Origin: a virus
Taxonomy: Duplodnaviria > Caudoviricetes
DNA: 27,799 nt
Virus record (IMG/VR): IMGVR_UViG_3300017700_000765
Coordinates: 1 to 27,799 of that record
Strand: one strand, 5' to 3'
Shown here: positions 15,721 through 24,889 of the stretch, in pieces
Numbering within the stretch: the stretch's first letter is position 1
Layout: every line of letters starts with the position of its first letter
The notes under the pieces: generated by a model
Seen by the model: only the letters and a program-made list of their open reading frames with translations
Told to the model about the DNA's origin: nothing
The model's database searches: none
Made by a program: the position numbers and the translations under genes

Positions 15721-18006
15721 ATGGAATTGAATATATTCATGGGCCACGTCTTCGGTGACGTGCCCGACGACGAAATCATCGGCATCGTTCAACGCGGCAA
15801 AGATGGCCGGGGTTGGCAGGTTACACCCTACAGGCAGGGCCGCACGAAGCTGCGCCCCGACGCCGCCAGCTACTACTGCATCTCCACCCTGAAGAAGCCC
15901 CCCGAGGGCGAACCTCTGCGTCGGCTGATGCCGAACATGGCCCGGTGCCACGCCATCGTCCTCGACGACATCGGGACGAAGATCGACGCGGAGAAGTTCA
16001 AGGGCAAGGCCGAGCCGCACTACGTCATGGAGACGTCGGCGGGCAACTTCCAGTACGGCCTGCTCTTCGACGGCACGCTGGAGGAGGCGCAGGTACTGAT
16101 CGAGGCCATGATCGAGGCCGGCTACTCGGACCCCGGCGCCCGCGACGTCCATCGCCTCGTGCGCCTGCCGGGTTCTCTGAACTACAAGAGCGACCCGCCC
16201 TTCGTCGCCCGCGTCGTTGCCGAGAATTGGGACCAGCCCGCGTGGACGTTCAAGGACTTGTGCGAAGAGTTCGGCCTGACGCCGCGCGAGCCGACCAGCC
16301 TGCGCTCGACCAAGCGCGCGTGGAACGGCGACACGGGCGGCGACGTCATCCTGAAGTGGATCACCGAGAAGGGCATGGCCCTCTCGGAGCCCAACTCCGA
16401 CGGCTGGCTGTTCATCGAGTGCCCGTGGGCCGACGAGCATAGCGACGGCCGGCGCGACGCGAAGTGGCAGATCGGGAACGGCACGACGGGCTCGTATCAC
16501 TGCTTCCACGGATCCTGCCAGCACCGGACGCAGCGGGAGTTCCTGCTCTGGTGCTCGGCGAACGGCGCGCCCGACTTCGAGGCTGAGGCGATCACGCAGG
16601 TCACCGTCATCGGCCAGAAGCTGGCGACGATACCGAGGGGTGCCTTCGCGCCGCCGGGCCCTTTGCAGCCCCCGCCGGACGGCACACCTGCGGGGGACAT
16701 CCTTACTGGGCTCGTGCTGCAGTACGCCTCGCGGCTGGCGGTGGAGATGCTGCCGACGCTCGAAAAAACGTCGAAGACGAAGACGCCGAAGGACGTGCAG
16801 AAGGCCACCGTCGAGAACGTGCAGTATGTCGTCGCGGAATGCGGGTTCTCCGCGCTAAAAAATCACATGACCGGCGAGGTCGAGCTGACCCACGCCGACG
16901 AGACTTTCAACGTGTTTAAGAACCCCATGGAGCGAGCCCTGATGACCCGTGAACTGCTGATATCGTTGGCGAACCGCGTCGGCATTTCGTTGCGCGCCAC
17001 GCTCGACGAGCTGCTGCACACGCTGGCCGCCAACAACGGGTACCACCCGGTGTACGACTGGATCACCGACAAGGAAAAACCGTGGGACGGCGTCGACCGC
17101 TTCCCCGCGCTGGCCGCCGCGCTGGAGGCGCCGAACGAGAAGTGGCGCGACATCGTTCTCCTGCGCTCGTCCATGCAGTCGATTCTGGCTTGGACGAACT
17201 GGATGCGCGAGACGCCCATCAGTGTCCCTCACGTACCCACTCTCAGCGGCCCGCAGGGTTGCGGCAAGTCGACGTTCATCGGGTCGCTGCTGCCGTCGCA
17301 GTGGAGGCTCTTGGAGCAGAGCGCGAACCTCGGCCACGCCAGCAGCAAGGACGACGAGCGCAGGCTCACGAGTTCCCCCCTCGTCGAGCTGTCGGAACTG
17401 GAGACGGTCATCGGCCGCGTCGAGGCGGGGCACCTCAAGAGTTTCCTTTCGCGCCCCGTCGACAAGATGCGGCTTCCCTACGACCGCACGATCACTACGC
17501 GCCCCCGCGGCACCACGTTCTGGGGCACCGTCAACGACGGCGTGTATCTCAACGACCCCACCGGGGCGCGCCGTTTCTGGCCCCTTGATGTGGTGAAGTG
17601 CAACGCCTTCCACGGTGTCGACATGCAGCAGTACTGGGCGCAGATGCTGCACCTGTTCAATCAGGGCGAGCCGTGGAACCTGACCCCCGACGAGGCGAAG
17701 CTCCACGCCGTCATCGCCGAGAAACACCGCGTCGAGAGCCCCGCCGAGGGGCGCCTGCAGGAAATGTACGCGCGCAGGAAACACATACCGGAGAAGGATT
17801 GGACCTTCGCGACCGCGAGCGACATCTCGCGCTACTACCAGCTGCCGGACAACTACCCGACGTTGAGGGCCATCGGCAGCGTGCTGACGAAGATGTTCGG
17901 CGAACGTGCCAGCAATAACGAACGGAAAGGATGGAAAGTGCCGATAAAACAGGTTGAGTTCCGGGCGGGGTTTTCCTCCTACGCCCCTCCCGAGGGATCG
18001 TCATGA
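15721..18006 (+). CDS. Primase (RepB-like/AEP N-terminus, Zn motif) fused to VirE/VapE-type P-loop helicase
   Basis: IVLDDIG, ETSAGNFQY, RLPGS; CPW.DEH..CFHGSC; YHPV..W, WDGVDR, GPQGCGKST, RLPYDR, GTVN, DPTGARRFWP. Confidence 0.9.
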   Translation: MELNIFMGHVFGDVPDDEIIGIVQRGKDGRGWQVTPYRQGRTKLRPDAASYYCISTLKKPPEGEPLRRLMPNMARCHAIVLDDIGTKIDAEKFKGKAEPHYVMETSAGNFQYGLLFDGTLEEAQVLIEAMIEAGYSDPGARDVHRLVRLPGSLNYKSDPPFVARVVAENWDQPAWTFKDLCEEFGLTPREPTSLRSTKRAWNGDTGGDVILKWITEKGMALSEPNSDGWLFIECPWADEHSDGRRDAKWQIGNGTTGSYHCFHGSCQHRTQREFLLWCSANGAPDFEAEAITQVTVIGQKLATIPRGAFAPPGPLQPPPDGTPAGDILTGLVLQYASRLAVEMLPTLEKTSKTKTPKDVQKATVENVQYVVAECGFSALKNHMTGEVELTHADETFNVFKNPMERALMTRELLISLANRVGISLRATLDELLHTLAANNGYHPVYDWITDKEKPWDGVDRFPALAAALEAPNEKWRDIVLLRSSMQSILAWTNWMRETPISVPHVPTLSGPQGCGKSTFIGSLLPSQWRLLEQSANLGHASSKDDERRLTSSPLVELSELETVIGRVEAGHLKSFLSRPVDKMRLPYDRTITTRPRGTTFWGTVNDGVYLNDPTGARRFWPLDVVKCNAFHGVDMQQYWAQMLHLFNQGEPWNLTPDEAKLHAVIAEKHRVESPAEGRLQEMYARRKHIPEKDWTFATASDISRYYQLPDNYPTLRAIGSVLTKMFGERASNNERKGWKVPIKQVEFRAGFSSYAPPEGSS

Positions 18007-18248
18007 AACTCCTGATCCACATGAACATGCCCTCGGGCAAGAACGACGGGACGCACCAGCTCATTCTGGAGATGCCCTCGGTGGACCAGCTGGCCGACCT
18101 GCCGTTCTTCTTTAAGCAGGGGTACTTGTACGGCACCCATCTCATCTACGACCGGGGCGACAACAACACCCGCACGTGGTCGAGCCGGGGGAACATGATC
18201 ATCAACACCGCGCACATCGGCAAGATCGCCGAATATTACGAGGGGTAG
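18003..18248 (+). CDS. Phage hypothetical protein
   Basis: 81 aa, ATGA coupling. Confidence 0.75.
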   Translation: MKLLIHMNMPSGKNDGTHQLILEMPSVDQLADLPFFFKQGYLYGTHLIYDRGDNNTRTWSSRGNMIINTAHIGKIAEYYEG

Positions 18249-18250
18249 TC

Positions 18251-18526
18251 ATGAAGCATCTTGAGATCACTTCCGAGGCGCTGAAGCTCTTGGCGCCGCG
18301 GGGGGCCGTCTACGGCTCGGTGCGTGAGAACCACGAGCGCATCGCGCGCATCGCCAGTGAATTGACGAAGGCACCCCTCGGGGCGTTCGACGTCGCCATG
18401 GTCCTGCTCGCCGTCAAGCTCTCGCGGATCGCGCAGTCGCCCGACCACGTCGACAGCTATGTCGACGCGATCAACTACCTCTCGTTTGCCGGGGAGTTTG
18501 CGACCGATGTCGATGAGGAGTGGTGA
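18251..18526 (+). CDS. DUF6378-like small helical protein
   Basis: RGAVYG...ENHERIA...DVAM....VKLSR......HVDSYVDAINY. Confidence 0.8.
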   Translation: MKHLEITSEALKLLAPRGAVYGSVRENHERIARIASELTKAPLGAFDVAMVLLAVKLSRIAQSPDHVDSYVDAINYLSFAGEFATDVDEEW

Positions 18527-18710
18527 GGAGAACCCGGCGGCGAAGCTGACCGAGGAGGAGGTGTATGCGATCCGGCGCGATGTCCGAAAGGACAAGCTGG
18601 TCGCCTACGACTACGGAATATCGCAGGCGCATGTCTGGCGTATCCGTAACAGAGTGAAGTGGAAATACCTGAAAGAGGAGAATGAAAATGACGCACGTAG
18701 TAGCGACTGA
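18513..18710 (+). CDS. Stand-alone HTH resembling the C-terminal DNA-binding domain of phage HNH endonucleases
   Basis: GEENPAAKLTEEEVYAIR...A.DYGISQAHV.RIR....WK. Confidence 0.75.
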   Translation: MRSGEENPAAKLTEEEVYAIRRDVRKDKLVAYDYGISQAHVWRIRNRVKWKYLKEENENDARSSD

Positions 18711-19491
18711 ATATGTGACGCCCGAGATGGCGCGTCGCTGGCTGGACCCTGAGATCAACAAGACCAACCGTAAGCTGAAGCCCGTGGTCGTGCGGAAGTA
18801 CATCGCCGACATGGGCGAAGCTCACTGGATCTTCAACGGGGACTCTCTCAAGTTCGATTGGAACGGCAAGCTGCTCGACGGCCAGCATCGACTGCACGCA
18901 GTCATCGCCACGGGACACCCGGTGGAGTTCCTGATCGTGCGAAACCTGCACCCCGACGCCTACCTGACGATTGATATCGGCGCCCGCCGCACGATGGGCG
19001 ACATGATGCAGCGCATCGGCAGCAAGCAGTCCTCTGCCGCCGGTGCGGCTGCCAAGGTGCTGTACTGGTTCGAGACTGGACAGACGCTGGACTTCAACGC
19101 CACCTACTCCACCGCGCAGCTGCTCGACATCTATAAGGAGCACCCGAAGCTGGAGGAGTTCGTCGCGCAGTACACCGCCTCGTCGGTGCGCTGGAAGCTT
19201 CGCGCCGGCTCTGCGTGGCCCGTCGTGGCGTACATCGCCTCCCGCCGGTACCCCGTAGAGTGGGCCGCGTTTCAACAGTCCGTCGCCGATGGCAGCGGTA
19301 TCGCGAAGGGCGACCCCCGGCACACGCTTCGTGAGTGGCTCCTGAACAGGGCCGCCTCCAAGCGGCAGGCTCGCAACGACGAGCGTTTCAACGTCTTCGC
19401 GAAGGCGTGGAACGCCCACCGCGCAAACCGCAAGCTCCTCGTGCTGGTGCATCGCAGCAACGAGGCCCCTGTGGTCCCCGCGGGCGCCTGA
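18682..19491 (+). CDS. ParB/Srx-like (DGQHR) N-terminal domain protein
   Basis: VTPEMA..WL...NR.L....V.KY..DM...W..NGD...D..G.LLDGQHRL.AVI...ID.G..RT.GD. Confidence 0.8.
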   Translation: MKMTHVVATEYVTPEMARRWLDPEINKTNRKLKPVVVRKYIADMGEAHWIFNGDSLKFDWNGKLLDGQHRLHAVIATGHPVEFLIVRNLHPDAYLTIDIGARRTMGDMMQRIGSKQSSAAGAAAKVLYWFETGQTLDFNATYSTAQLLDIYKEHPKLEEFVAQYTASSVRWKLRAGSAWPVVAYIASRRYPVEWAAFQQSVADGSGIAKGDPRHTLREWLLNRAASKRQARNDERFNVFAKAWNAHRANRKLLVLVHRSNEAPVVPAGA

Positions 19492-19688
19492 TGACCGAAC
19501 TGGAACAGCACAGCGCCCTCTACTGGGCGCTGTGCCGGCACGTCCAGCGGAACCGCTGCTGGACTGCCAACGCCACACTCCTGATCACGCGGCTCTTGCA
19601 CAGCCCGCACGAGCGTGTCAGGCTCCTCGCTTGTGATTTATGGTATAGGATAACAGCCGATGAACACAAAGACACGACGCACGATTGA
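19491..19688 (+). CDS. Hypothetical protein
   Basis: TGATG-coupled 65-aa ORF. Confidence 0.5.
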   Translation: MTELEQHSALYWALCRHVQRNRCWTANATLLITRLLHSPHERVRLLACDLWYRITADEHKDTTHD

Positions 19689-19893
19689 GCAGGCGGCTCA
19701 ACGCGAGGGCGCACTCAGGGTCGAGTGGCAGCAGGGCCAGACCCACCTCATCGCCCGTTTCCACATGCCCGACGGCCTCATCGTCTCCATGCCCGTCTCA
19801 AAGACGGGCCGTATCGACGAGTACAAGTACAAGGGCTGGACGCGGCAGTACATCCGCAACCCCTCCAAGTGGCACGTCAGGAGCCCCTCATGA
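19660..19893 (+). CDS. Small basic hypothetical protein (possibly HicA-like fold)
   Basis: 77 aa; helix-strand pattern with GQTH. Confidence 0.6.
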   Translation: MNTKTRRTIEQAAQREGALRVEWQQGQTHLIARFHMPDGLIVSMPVSKTGRIDEYKYKGWTRQYIRNPSKWHVRSPS

Positions 19894-20237
19894 GAAGCAC
19901 GAGAATGGAAAACGCCATGATCGCCGCCGACAGGCTGTGGGGTAAAGCCATGGCCGTCGGCCCTGAGTTCGTGGAGAGGTATCTGGAACTCTGCGAACAG
20001 TTACTTACGGAGTGCCCGTATGTTCGTGGCGACGTGTTTCGTGAATACTGTCGTGACAAGGGGCTGGTGCGCCCCGCCCGTCTGCATCCCAATGTGTGGG
20101 TCAGCGGCCCCCGCGCCATGGAGCATCTCGGGTGGATTGAAAAGAACGGGAAAGTCGAACCGCTGGCGGCGCACAATCACATGCCCAGCGTAACGCTATG
20201 GCGCAGCCTCCTCTACGTCAGGGTGCCTCCCGCCTGA
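19890..20237 (+). CDS. Phage hypothetical protein
   Basis: AGGAG RBS, ATGA coupling; HPNVW...GWI...H....TLWRS. Confidence 0.75.
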   Translation: MRSTRMENAMIAADRLWGKAMAVGPEFVERYLELCEQLLTECPYVRGDVFREYCRDKGLVRPARLHPNVWVSGPRAMEHLGWIEKNGKVEPLAAHNHMPSVTLWRSLLYVRVPPA

Positions 20238-20541
20238 CCGGCGGCAGGGTGACGCGCCACTGCTCTAGGCCCGTGATCCGCCTGTCGTGATTGAGGATAG
20301 TGGTGGACGTCACGCGCCCCTCCCCGATGACCTCTGTGATCCTGAGGTTGAGGGTGTTGATCGACATGGTCAGGTCTTTGATGTTCCCCAGCGTCTGGAC
20401 GGCGATGTACGTCACGACGCTGATGAACAGCAGCAGGATCGTCGCGGTTACGCGGAAGAGGGCTTGAAATGCCGGGGTGTTGAACATCTCGACAGTCGCC
20501 TTCAAGGGGTCCCCGCTAAGGGTATCTGGGTTGTTCGGCAC
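20218..20541 (-). CDS. Single-TM membrane protein with coiled coil, last gene of the late operon (holin-like candidate)
   Basis: TM segment VTATILLLFISVVTYIAV, C-terminal HDRRITGLE; GAGGGG RBS before GTG. Confidence 0.7.
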   Translation of the reverse strand: MPNNPDTLSGDPLKATVEMFNTPAFQALFRVTATILLLFISVVTYIAVQTLGNIKDLTMSINTLNLRITEVIGEGRVTSTTILNHDRRITGLEQWRVTLPPVRREAP

Positions 20542-20585
20542 GAGTGCATTCCCCTCTACGCATATCTCGACGATGTTTTCCTGCG

Positions 20586-21974
20586 CTAGGAAATCGCGCC
20601 GTCAGACTCGGTGACGCGCATGTACACTGTCCCCGCGCCCAAAGCGCCGCCGCCCGTCAGGCCAGAGCCGATAGTGAGCGCCGCAGTCGATACATTCTGA
20701 TACGCGCCAATGACACGAAACGGGCTTCCGTGAGTGGCTATGTTCGTGAACGTAATGGACGCCGTGTTGAGCGTTGACGCGCCAACAGTCGCCGTTAAAG
20801 AACTGCTGGTGTTCTGTCCTGCGATAGACGGAATGTCGACTTCAACGGTCAGGATAGAAGTGGACTGGCGAGGGGTGTAGGAGAAGCTAAACGGGAATGC
20901 CGCGATGGCTTTCATCGTGATGTAGGCAGGGTTCTGCAGGACGGGCGCGCCGCTCGCGCGGGTGTACCAGAGGCAGCGCCAGTTGCCGGAACCCTCGGAG
21001 ATGAACCCCGCCGTGTCGCCCGCCACCGTGACGATATTCGCCGCCGTCGGCAGGATGAGAGACGTCGCGTTGTACGTGAGCGTCAAGGCACCATCGAAGA
21101 CGACGTCTCGATAGATGCCCGAGGCGACCGTGCCCATGCCGGTGATTGTCGTCGTGCCCGTGATGCGGACGTAGTTGGAGGCCGCCGCGCCGATGGCACA
21201 GGTCGTGGCCGAGGCCACGTCGACCCGCACGGCACCGTTGACCGCCGCGCCTGTCATGGTGAGCGTGCTGCTGAGTGTGGCACCGGCGGCCGTCAGCAGC
21301 CCGGTGGTCGTGAGGGCGTTCGTCGTCTTGTTGAACACCAGACCGGCGTCGCCGGCGAACACGCCGCCGTCGTTGAACTGGACCTGCGTGTCGGATCCGG
21401 CGGGGACCGCCGCCGTCGTCTGCGTCGTGTTGTCGGGAAAGATCACGCCGCCCGTCGACGCGTCCAGCGTGTGCGCCGTGAACACCGTCCCGTTGAACGT
21501 CATGTTGGCGCTGCCCGCCAGCACGCCCGCGTTGTTGTACTGGACCTGCGTAGTCGAGCCGCCCGCGGCCGCCGTCGTGTCGTTGCGGATCATGCCCGAG
21601 GCCGAGCCGTCGCAGGAGATCTGGACGTTGTCGCCGGCGTTGATCGTGACGTAGGTGCCGCCCGCGGCCGACTGCACGCGCACGCCGTACCCGCCCGTCG
21701 TGCCGTTGCGGACGACCCACTGTCCCCCGATGCTGGAGGGGACCGAGTAGGTGACGATGCCGCCGGGGGTGCCCGAGACTACGAGCGAGAGGGGGACGCA
21801 CTGCGCCGCCGAGAGGACGACCGTCGTGCCGCCCAAGCCTGTGGAGTTCAGCAGCGTGCTGGCGCCGAGGGCGGAGTCGAGGAGGCCGAAGTTGGTGTTG
21901 AGGGGCCCGGTGCCCCACGTGTTGGCGTTGGAGTTGTAGGCGGGCTGGTCGAGCCCCTTGTTGGCAGTGGTCAT
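20586..21974 (-). CDS. Tail fibre-like virion protein
   Basis: G/T/A/S-rich; N-terminal TWG..LN.NF..LD anchor-like motif; two TQVQ(Y/F)N..G..AG repeats; LTYNATSLILP..ANI.T.AGD..F.S.GSGNWRC module. Confidence 0.8.
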   Translation of the reverse strand: MTTANKGLDQPAYNSNANTWGTGPLNTNFGLLDSALGASTLLNSTGLGGTTVVLSAAQCVPLSLVVSGTPGGIVTYSVPSSIGGQWVVRNGTTGGYGVRVQSAAGGTYVTINAGDNVQISCDGSASGMIRNDTTAAAGGSTTQVQYNNAGVLAGSANMTFNGTVFTAHTLDASTGGVIFPDNTTQTTAAVPAGSDTQVQFNDGGVFAGDAGLVFNKTTNALTTTGLLTAAGATLSSTLTMTGAAVNGAVRVDVASATTCAIGAAASNYVRITGTTTITGMGTVASGIYRDVVFDGALTLTYNATSLILPTAANIVTVAGDTAGFISEGSGNWRCLWYTRASGAPVLQNPAYITMKAIAAFPFSFSYTPRQSTSILTVEVDIPSIAGQNTSSSLTATVGASTLNTASITFTNIATHGSPFRVIGAYQNVSTAALTIGSGLTGGGALGAGTVYMRVTESDGAIS

Positions 21975-24889
21975 TGGAGGGCCCTATCTGCGATTGCGAG
22001 CGCCTTGGTGATGGCCTCATCAGGCTGCTCTAGGAGGGGTTCCGTCGTCGTGTTGTGGCCCTTCTTGGCCTTCTCCGCGGCGCGGATCAGCGACATCGCG
22101 ATGCTGCCGTGGTTGACCCCGCCAATCCGGCCGCCGGCCTTGCGGCCTTCGCGCCGGCGCAGGTTCTCTCGCTCCTCGATCTCGCTCATGCCCTCTTGCG
22201 CGCCTCGAATGGCGGCGCGGGGGGCGATGGCAGGCCCGGGGGTCCCCGCAAGTTTGTAGCTCCCCTGAAGGAGGCGCCGCGCCGCCGCCGGGTCGAAGAC
22301 GGCGTCGGTGATGATGTCGTTGATCGTACTCTGGCGGCCTTTCTCAAGCCGGTGCCAGAGGTTGCGAAGCCCCATTGCGCCGGTGACGGCCGTGGCGGGT
22401 ATCGTGCCCAGTACCGGCTGCATGATGCCGGTCGACATCACTGCCTCGGGGACGCTGACATCTTGCGAAGCTTTCTGTTTCAGCTCATCGCGGGTGTTGA
22501 AGCCGGTTGACGAGCCGTGCGTCATGCCCGCCTTCTGCACGTTCTCGTGGCGCGCCAGCTCGTTGGCGATGTTCTCCAGACGCTGGTAGTTGGGCCCGAA
22601 CAGCTCGCGCAACGCCCCCTCGTGCCGGGTGACATACTTCGCGAACTGCGCGCCCAGAATGTCGCCGCTCTTCGGCGAGATGAACTGCCGGACGATGTAC
22701 TGGGAGCCCGCGCGCTGGATGCCCTCCATGATTACCTGCCGCTCGGTCGGCGGGAATTGCGACAGCACCTCGCGGAGCTGCGCCGCGCCGTCGGGGCGGT
22801 CGAGGATGCGGCCGACCATACCGTACATCTGGTCGCGGTCCTGCACGCCGAGGAACTGTGCCGCGCGGCTCTCGGTGAAGGCGTTCAGGCGGCTCTGCGC
22901 CGCGGCGGCGTTGTCGAACTGCGTCGAGAAGCCCGGAGCGGCGGTGTCGATAGCCCCGAGCGCGCTGCGGTACTGATTGCGCCAGCGGTCCAACATGTCT
23001 TGCGAGATCGGCTGTATGACGCCGCCGGGACCGCGGCGCATCTCGTGCAGCCGAGCGAGCGCGATGTCCTGCGCCTGCTGAACGCCTTGCGGGCCTGCTG
23101 CCTCCAGCCACGCGGTAACTGCGCGGCCGCCGCCGTCGCCCGGCTGAAACACCTGCTTGGCGACTTTCTCGGGCTGCATGATGAAATCGCCGTAAGGCTT
23201 TGTCGTCTTGAGCCCGCCTTCGACGTAAGCGTTTTCAAAACGTCTTTTGCTCTCAATGTAGAGATCCTTGGCCGCGCGCAAAGTCTCGGCAGGCGTTTGC
23301 CCCGCGGATGCCGCCGTCGGCGGGAGCTGTACGTTGGGCAGGTCGTCCATGATCGCGCTCTTGAGCTGGCCGTATTGCCTAGCCGTACCCGAGCCGCTAA
23401 CCGCCGCTTCCCGGCGCATATTCTCGATTGCCTTGTCGAGTTCGACAGCGTCCTGATACGACAGGCGCTCACCGAGCCCCGGATTGGGATTGCCATCGGC
23501 GTCTTTACCGCGGCCGGCAATACGCTCCAGCCAACCCTTCAGGCCCTTGTCCATCTCACCGTACAGCGGCTTGTGGCTGTCCAGCAGCTGTTCCGCGAGC
23601 TGCTTGGTGTTGTCCATCGGCACCTGCGCGACACCGTCACGGTCGACGCTGTTGTAAAGCGCGCTCACACGCCCGTCGAGCGCCCGGCTCTCGGCCTTTG
23701 CAATCTGCTGCTGCAACTCACCTGCGCGCACGGGGTCACGTTCGGTGTCGAGGGCCGCCGTCAGGCGCCGCACGTCATCATCGAGCTGTTGCTGGGCGAC
23801 CTGCGCCGCGCGCGGCAGCGCCAACGGTTCGGCGGTGTCCGGTGCGAGCGTTTCGAGCTGGCCCTGATTGGCCCGCCGCTGGCGCTCCTGTACGTTCATC
23901 ATCCGCATCTTGGCGGCGTCCGTCGCCTGCGATGTCTGCAGTAGCCGGATCTGCTCGGACGACAGCCCGTTGTCGGGGTACGCCTGCGCCGTCGTGCGCG
24001 GGGCTCCCGTCTGCGCAACGTCTTCGCCGCCGGCAAGAATGCTCGCGATCACCGGGCGCTTGTCGCCGGGGGCGTTCGGGTTGGCCGGGTCGACGACGCC
24101 GCTGATGCTGTCGATGAACCGCTCGCGCGCGCCCCGCACCGGGTTGCGCAGGGCGTTGTAGCCGCCCTTGACGACGCCGCCTGCCAGAGGCGCACCGAGG
24201 CCGAACGCCAGCGCCGCGCCGGGGCTTTCGGTCATCTCTCCGACCGCGTGCGCCCCGGCAGTCACCCCGGCGCCCACACCCACCCCCGGCAGCGTCGCGC
24301 CGATGCCTGCCCGCGTCGCCGCGCCCGCGCCCTTGCCTGCTGTTAACGCTTCGCGGGCCGCCTTGACGCCCTTACCCGCCACGCCGAAGGGCATCAGCAT
24401 GCTCGCGGCGCCTTCGCCGCCGATCATCATGTACTTGCCGGGTACCGAAGTGGCCTTGTACTCGCCGGCCCCGACCGCGTTGGCGCCTTTACGGTACAGC
24501 TCCTCCGACGTCGGGAACTGCCACTGGCCTTCGGCTTTCTTCTTCGCGATATCCTCGGCGCGCTGCTTCATCAGTTCCGCGTGCGGCTTGTCCTGAATGT
24601 AGCTCTGCACGCCGGTCGTGGCGTAGTCGAGGAGCCCCGCGATGTCGCCCGGCAGGCCGGGCACTGCCGCTACGGCTTTGCCGAGTACGGTGCCGGTGCC
24701 CTTCGCGGCCGACGACAGCCAGCTGTCGTCGGGACTGTTCGACAGGAAGCCGGGGTCTTCGGGGGGCGCCGCTTCAGGCGGCGGCTTCCTGTCGAAAGGG
24801 ATGAACGTGCCGGGGGCGGGCATGCCGCTTGCGCGCCCGTCGCCCAGAGGGATGAAGGTGCCGGGCTTCGGAAGGTTGTCGCCGCTCAT
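21971..24889 (-). CDS. Large internal virion / DNA-ejection-like protein
   Basis: 972 aa, helical, A/G-rich hydrophobic segments, positioned before the tail fibre; function inferred from synteny. Confidence 0.65.
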   Translation of the reverse strand: MSGDNLPKPGTFIPLGDGRASGMPAPGTFIPFDRKPPPEAAPPEDPGFLSNSPDDSWLSSAAKGTGTVLGKAVAAVPGLPGDIAGLLDYATTGVQSYIQDKPHAELMKQRAEDIAKKKAEGQWQFPTSEELYRKGANAVGAGEYKATSVPGKYMMIGGEGAASMLMPFGVAGKGVKAAREALTAGKGAGAATRAGIGATLPGVGVGAGVTAGAHAVGEMTESPGAALAFGLGAPLAGGVVKGGYNALRNPVRGARERFIDSISGVVDPANPNAPGDKRPVIASILAGGEDVAQTGAPRTTAQAYPDNGLSSEQIRLLQTSQATDAAKMRMMNVQERQRRANQGQLETLAPDTAEPLALPRAAQVAQQQLDDDVRRLTAALDTERDPVRAGELQQQIAKAESRALDGRVSALYNSVDRDGVAQVPMDNTKQLAEQLLDSHKPLYGEMDKGLKGWLERIAGRGKDADGNPNPGLGERLSYQDAVELDKAIENMRREAAVSGSGTARQYGQLKSAIMDDLPNVQLPPTAASAGQTPAETLRAAKDLYIESKRRFENAYVEGGLKTTKPYGDFIMQPEKVAKQVFQPGDGGGRAVTAWLEAAGPQGVQQAQDIALARLHEMRRGPGGVIQPISQDMLDRWRNQYRSALGAIDTAAPGFSTQFDNAAAAQSRLNAFTESRAAQFLGVQDRDQMYGMVGRILDRPDGAAQLREVLSQFPPTERQVIMEGIQRAGSQYIVRQFISPKSGDILGAQFAKYVTRHEGALRELFGPNYQRLENIANELARHENVQKAGMTHGSSTGFNTRDELKQKASQDVSVPEAVMSTGIMQPVLGTIPATAVTGAMGLRNLWHRLEKGRQSTINDIITDAVFDPAAARRLLQGSYKLAGTPGPAIAPRAAIRGAQEGMSEIEERENLRRREGRKAGGRIGGVNHGSIAMSLIRAAEKAKKGHNTTTEPLLEQPDEAITKALAIADRALQ

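Noticed and set aside
18682-19491. Dnd phosphorothioate or ParABS system
   Set aside because: No dndC/D/E, parA or parS-like repeats are visible
24711-24730. 9-bp inverted repeat GACGACAGC-ca-GCTGTCGTC resembling the operator
   Set aside because: Lies inside a CDS with the wrong spacing (N6); likely chance
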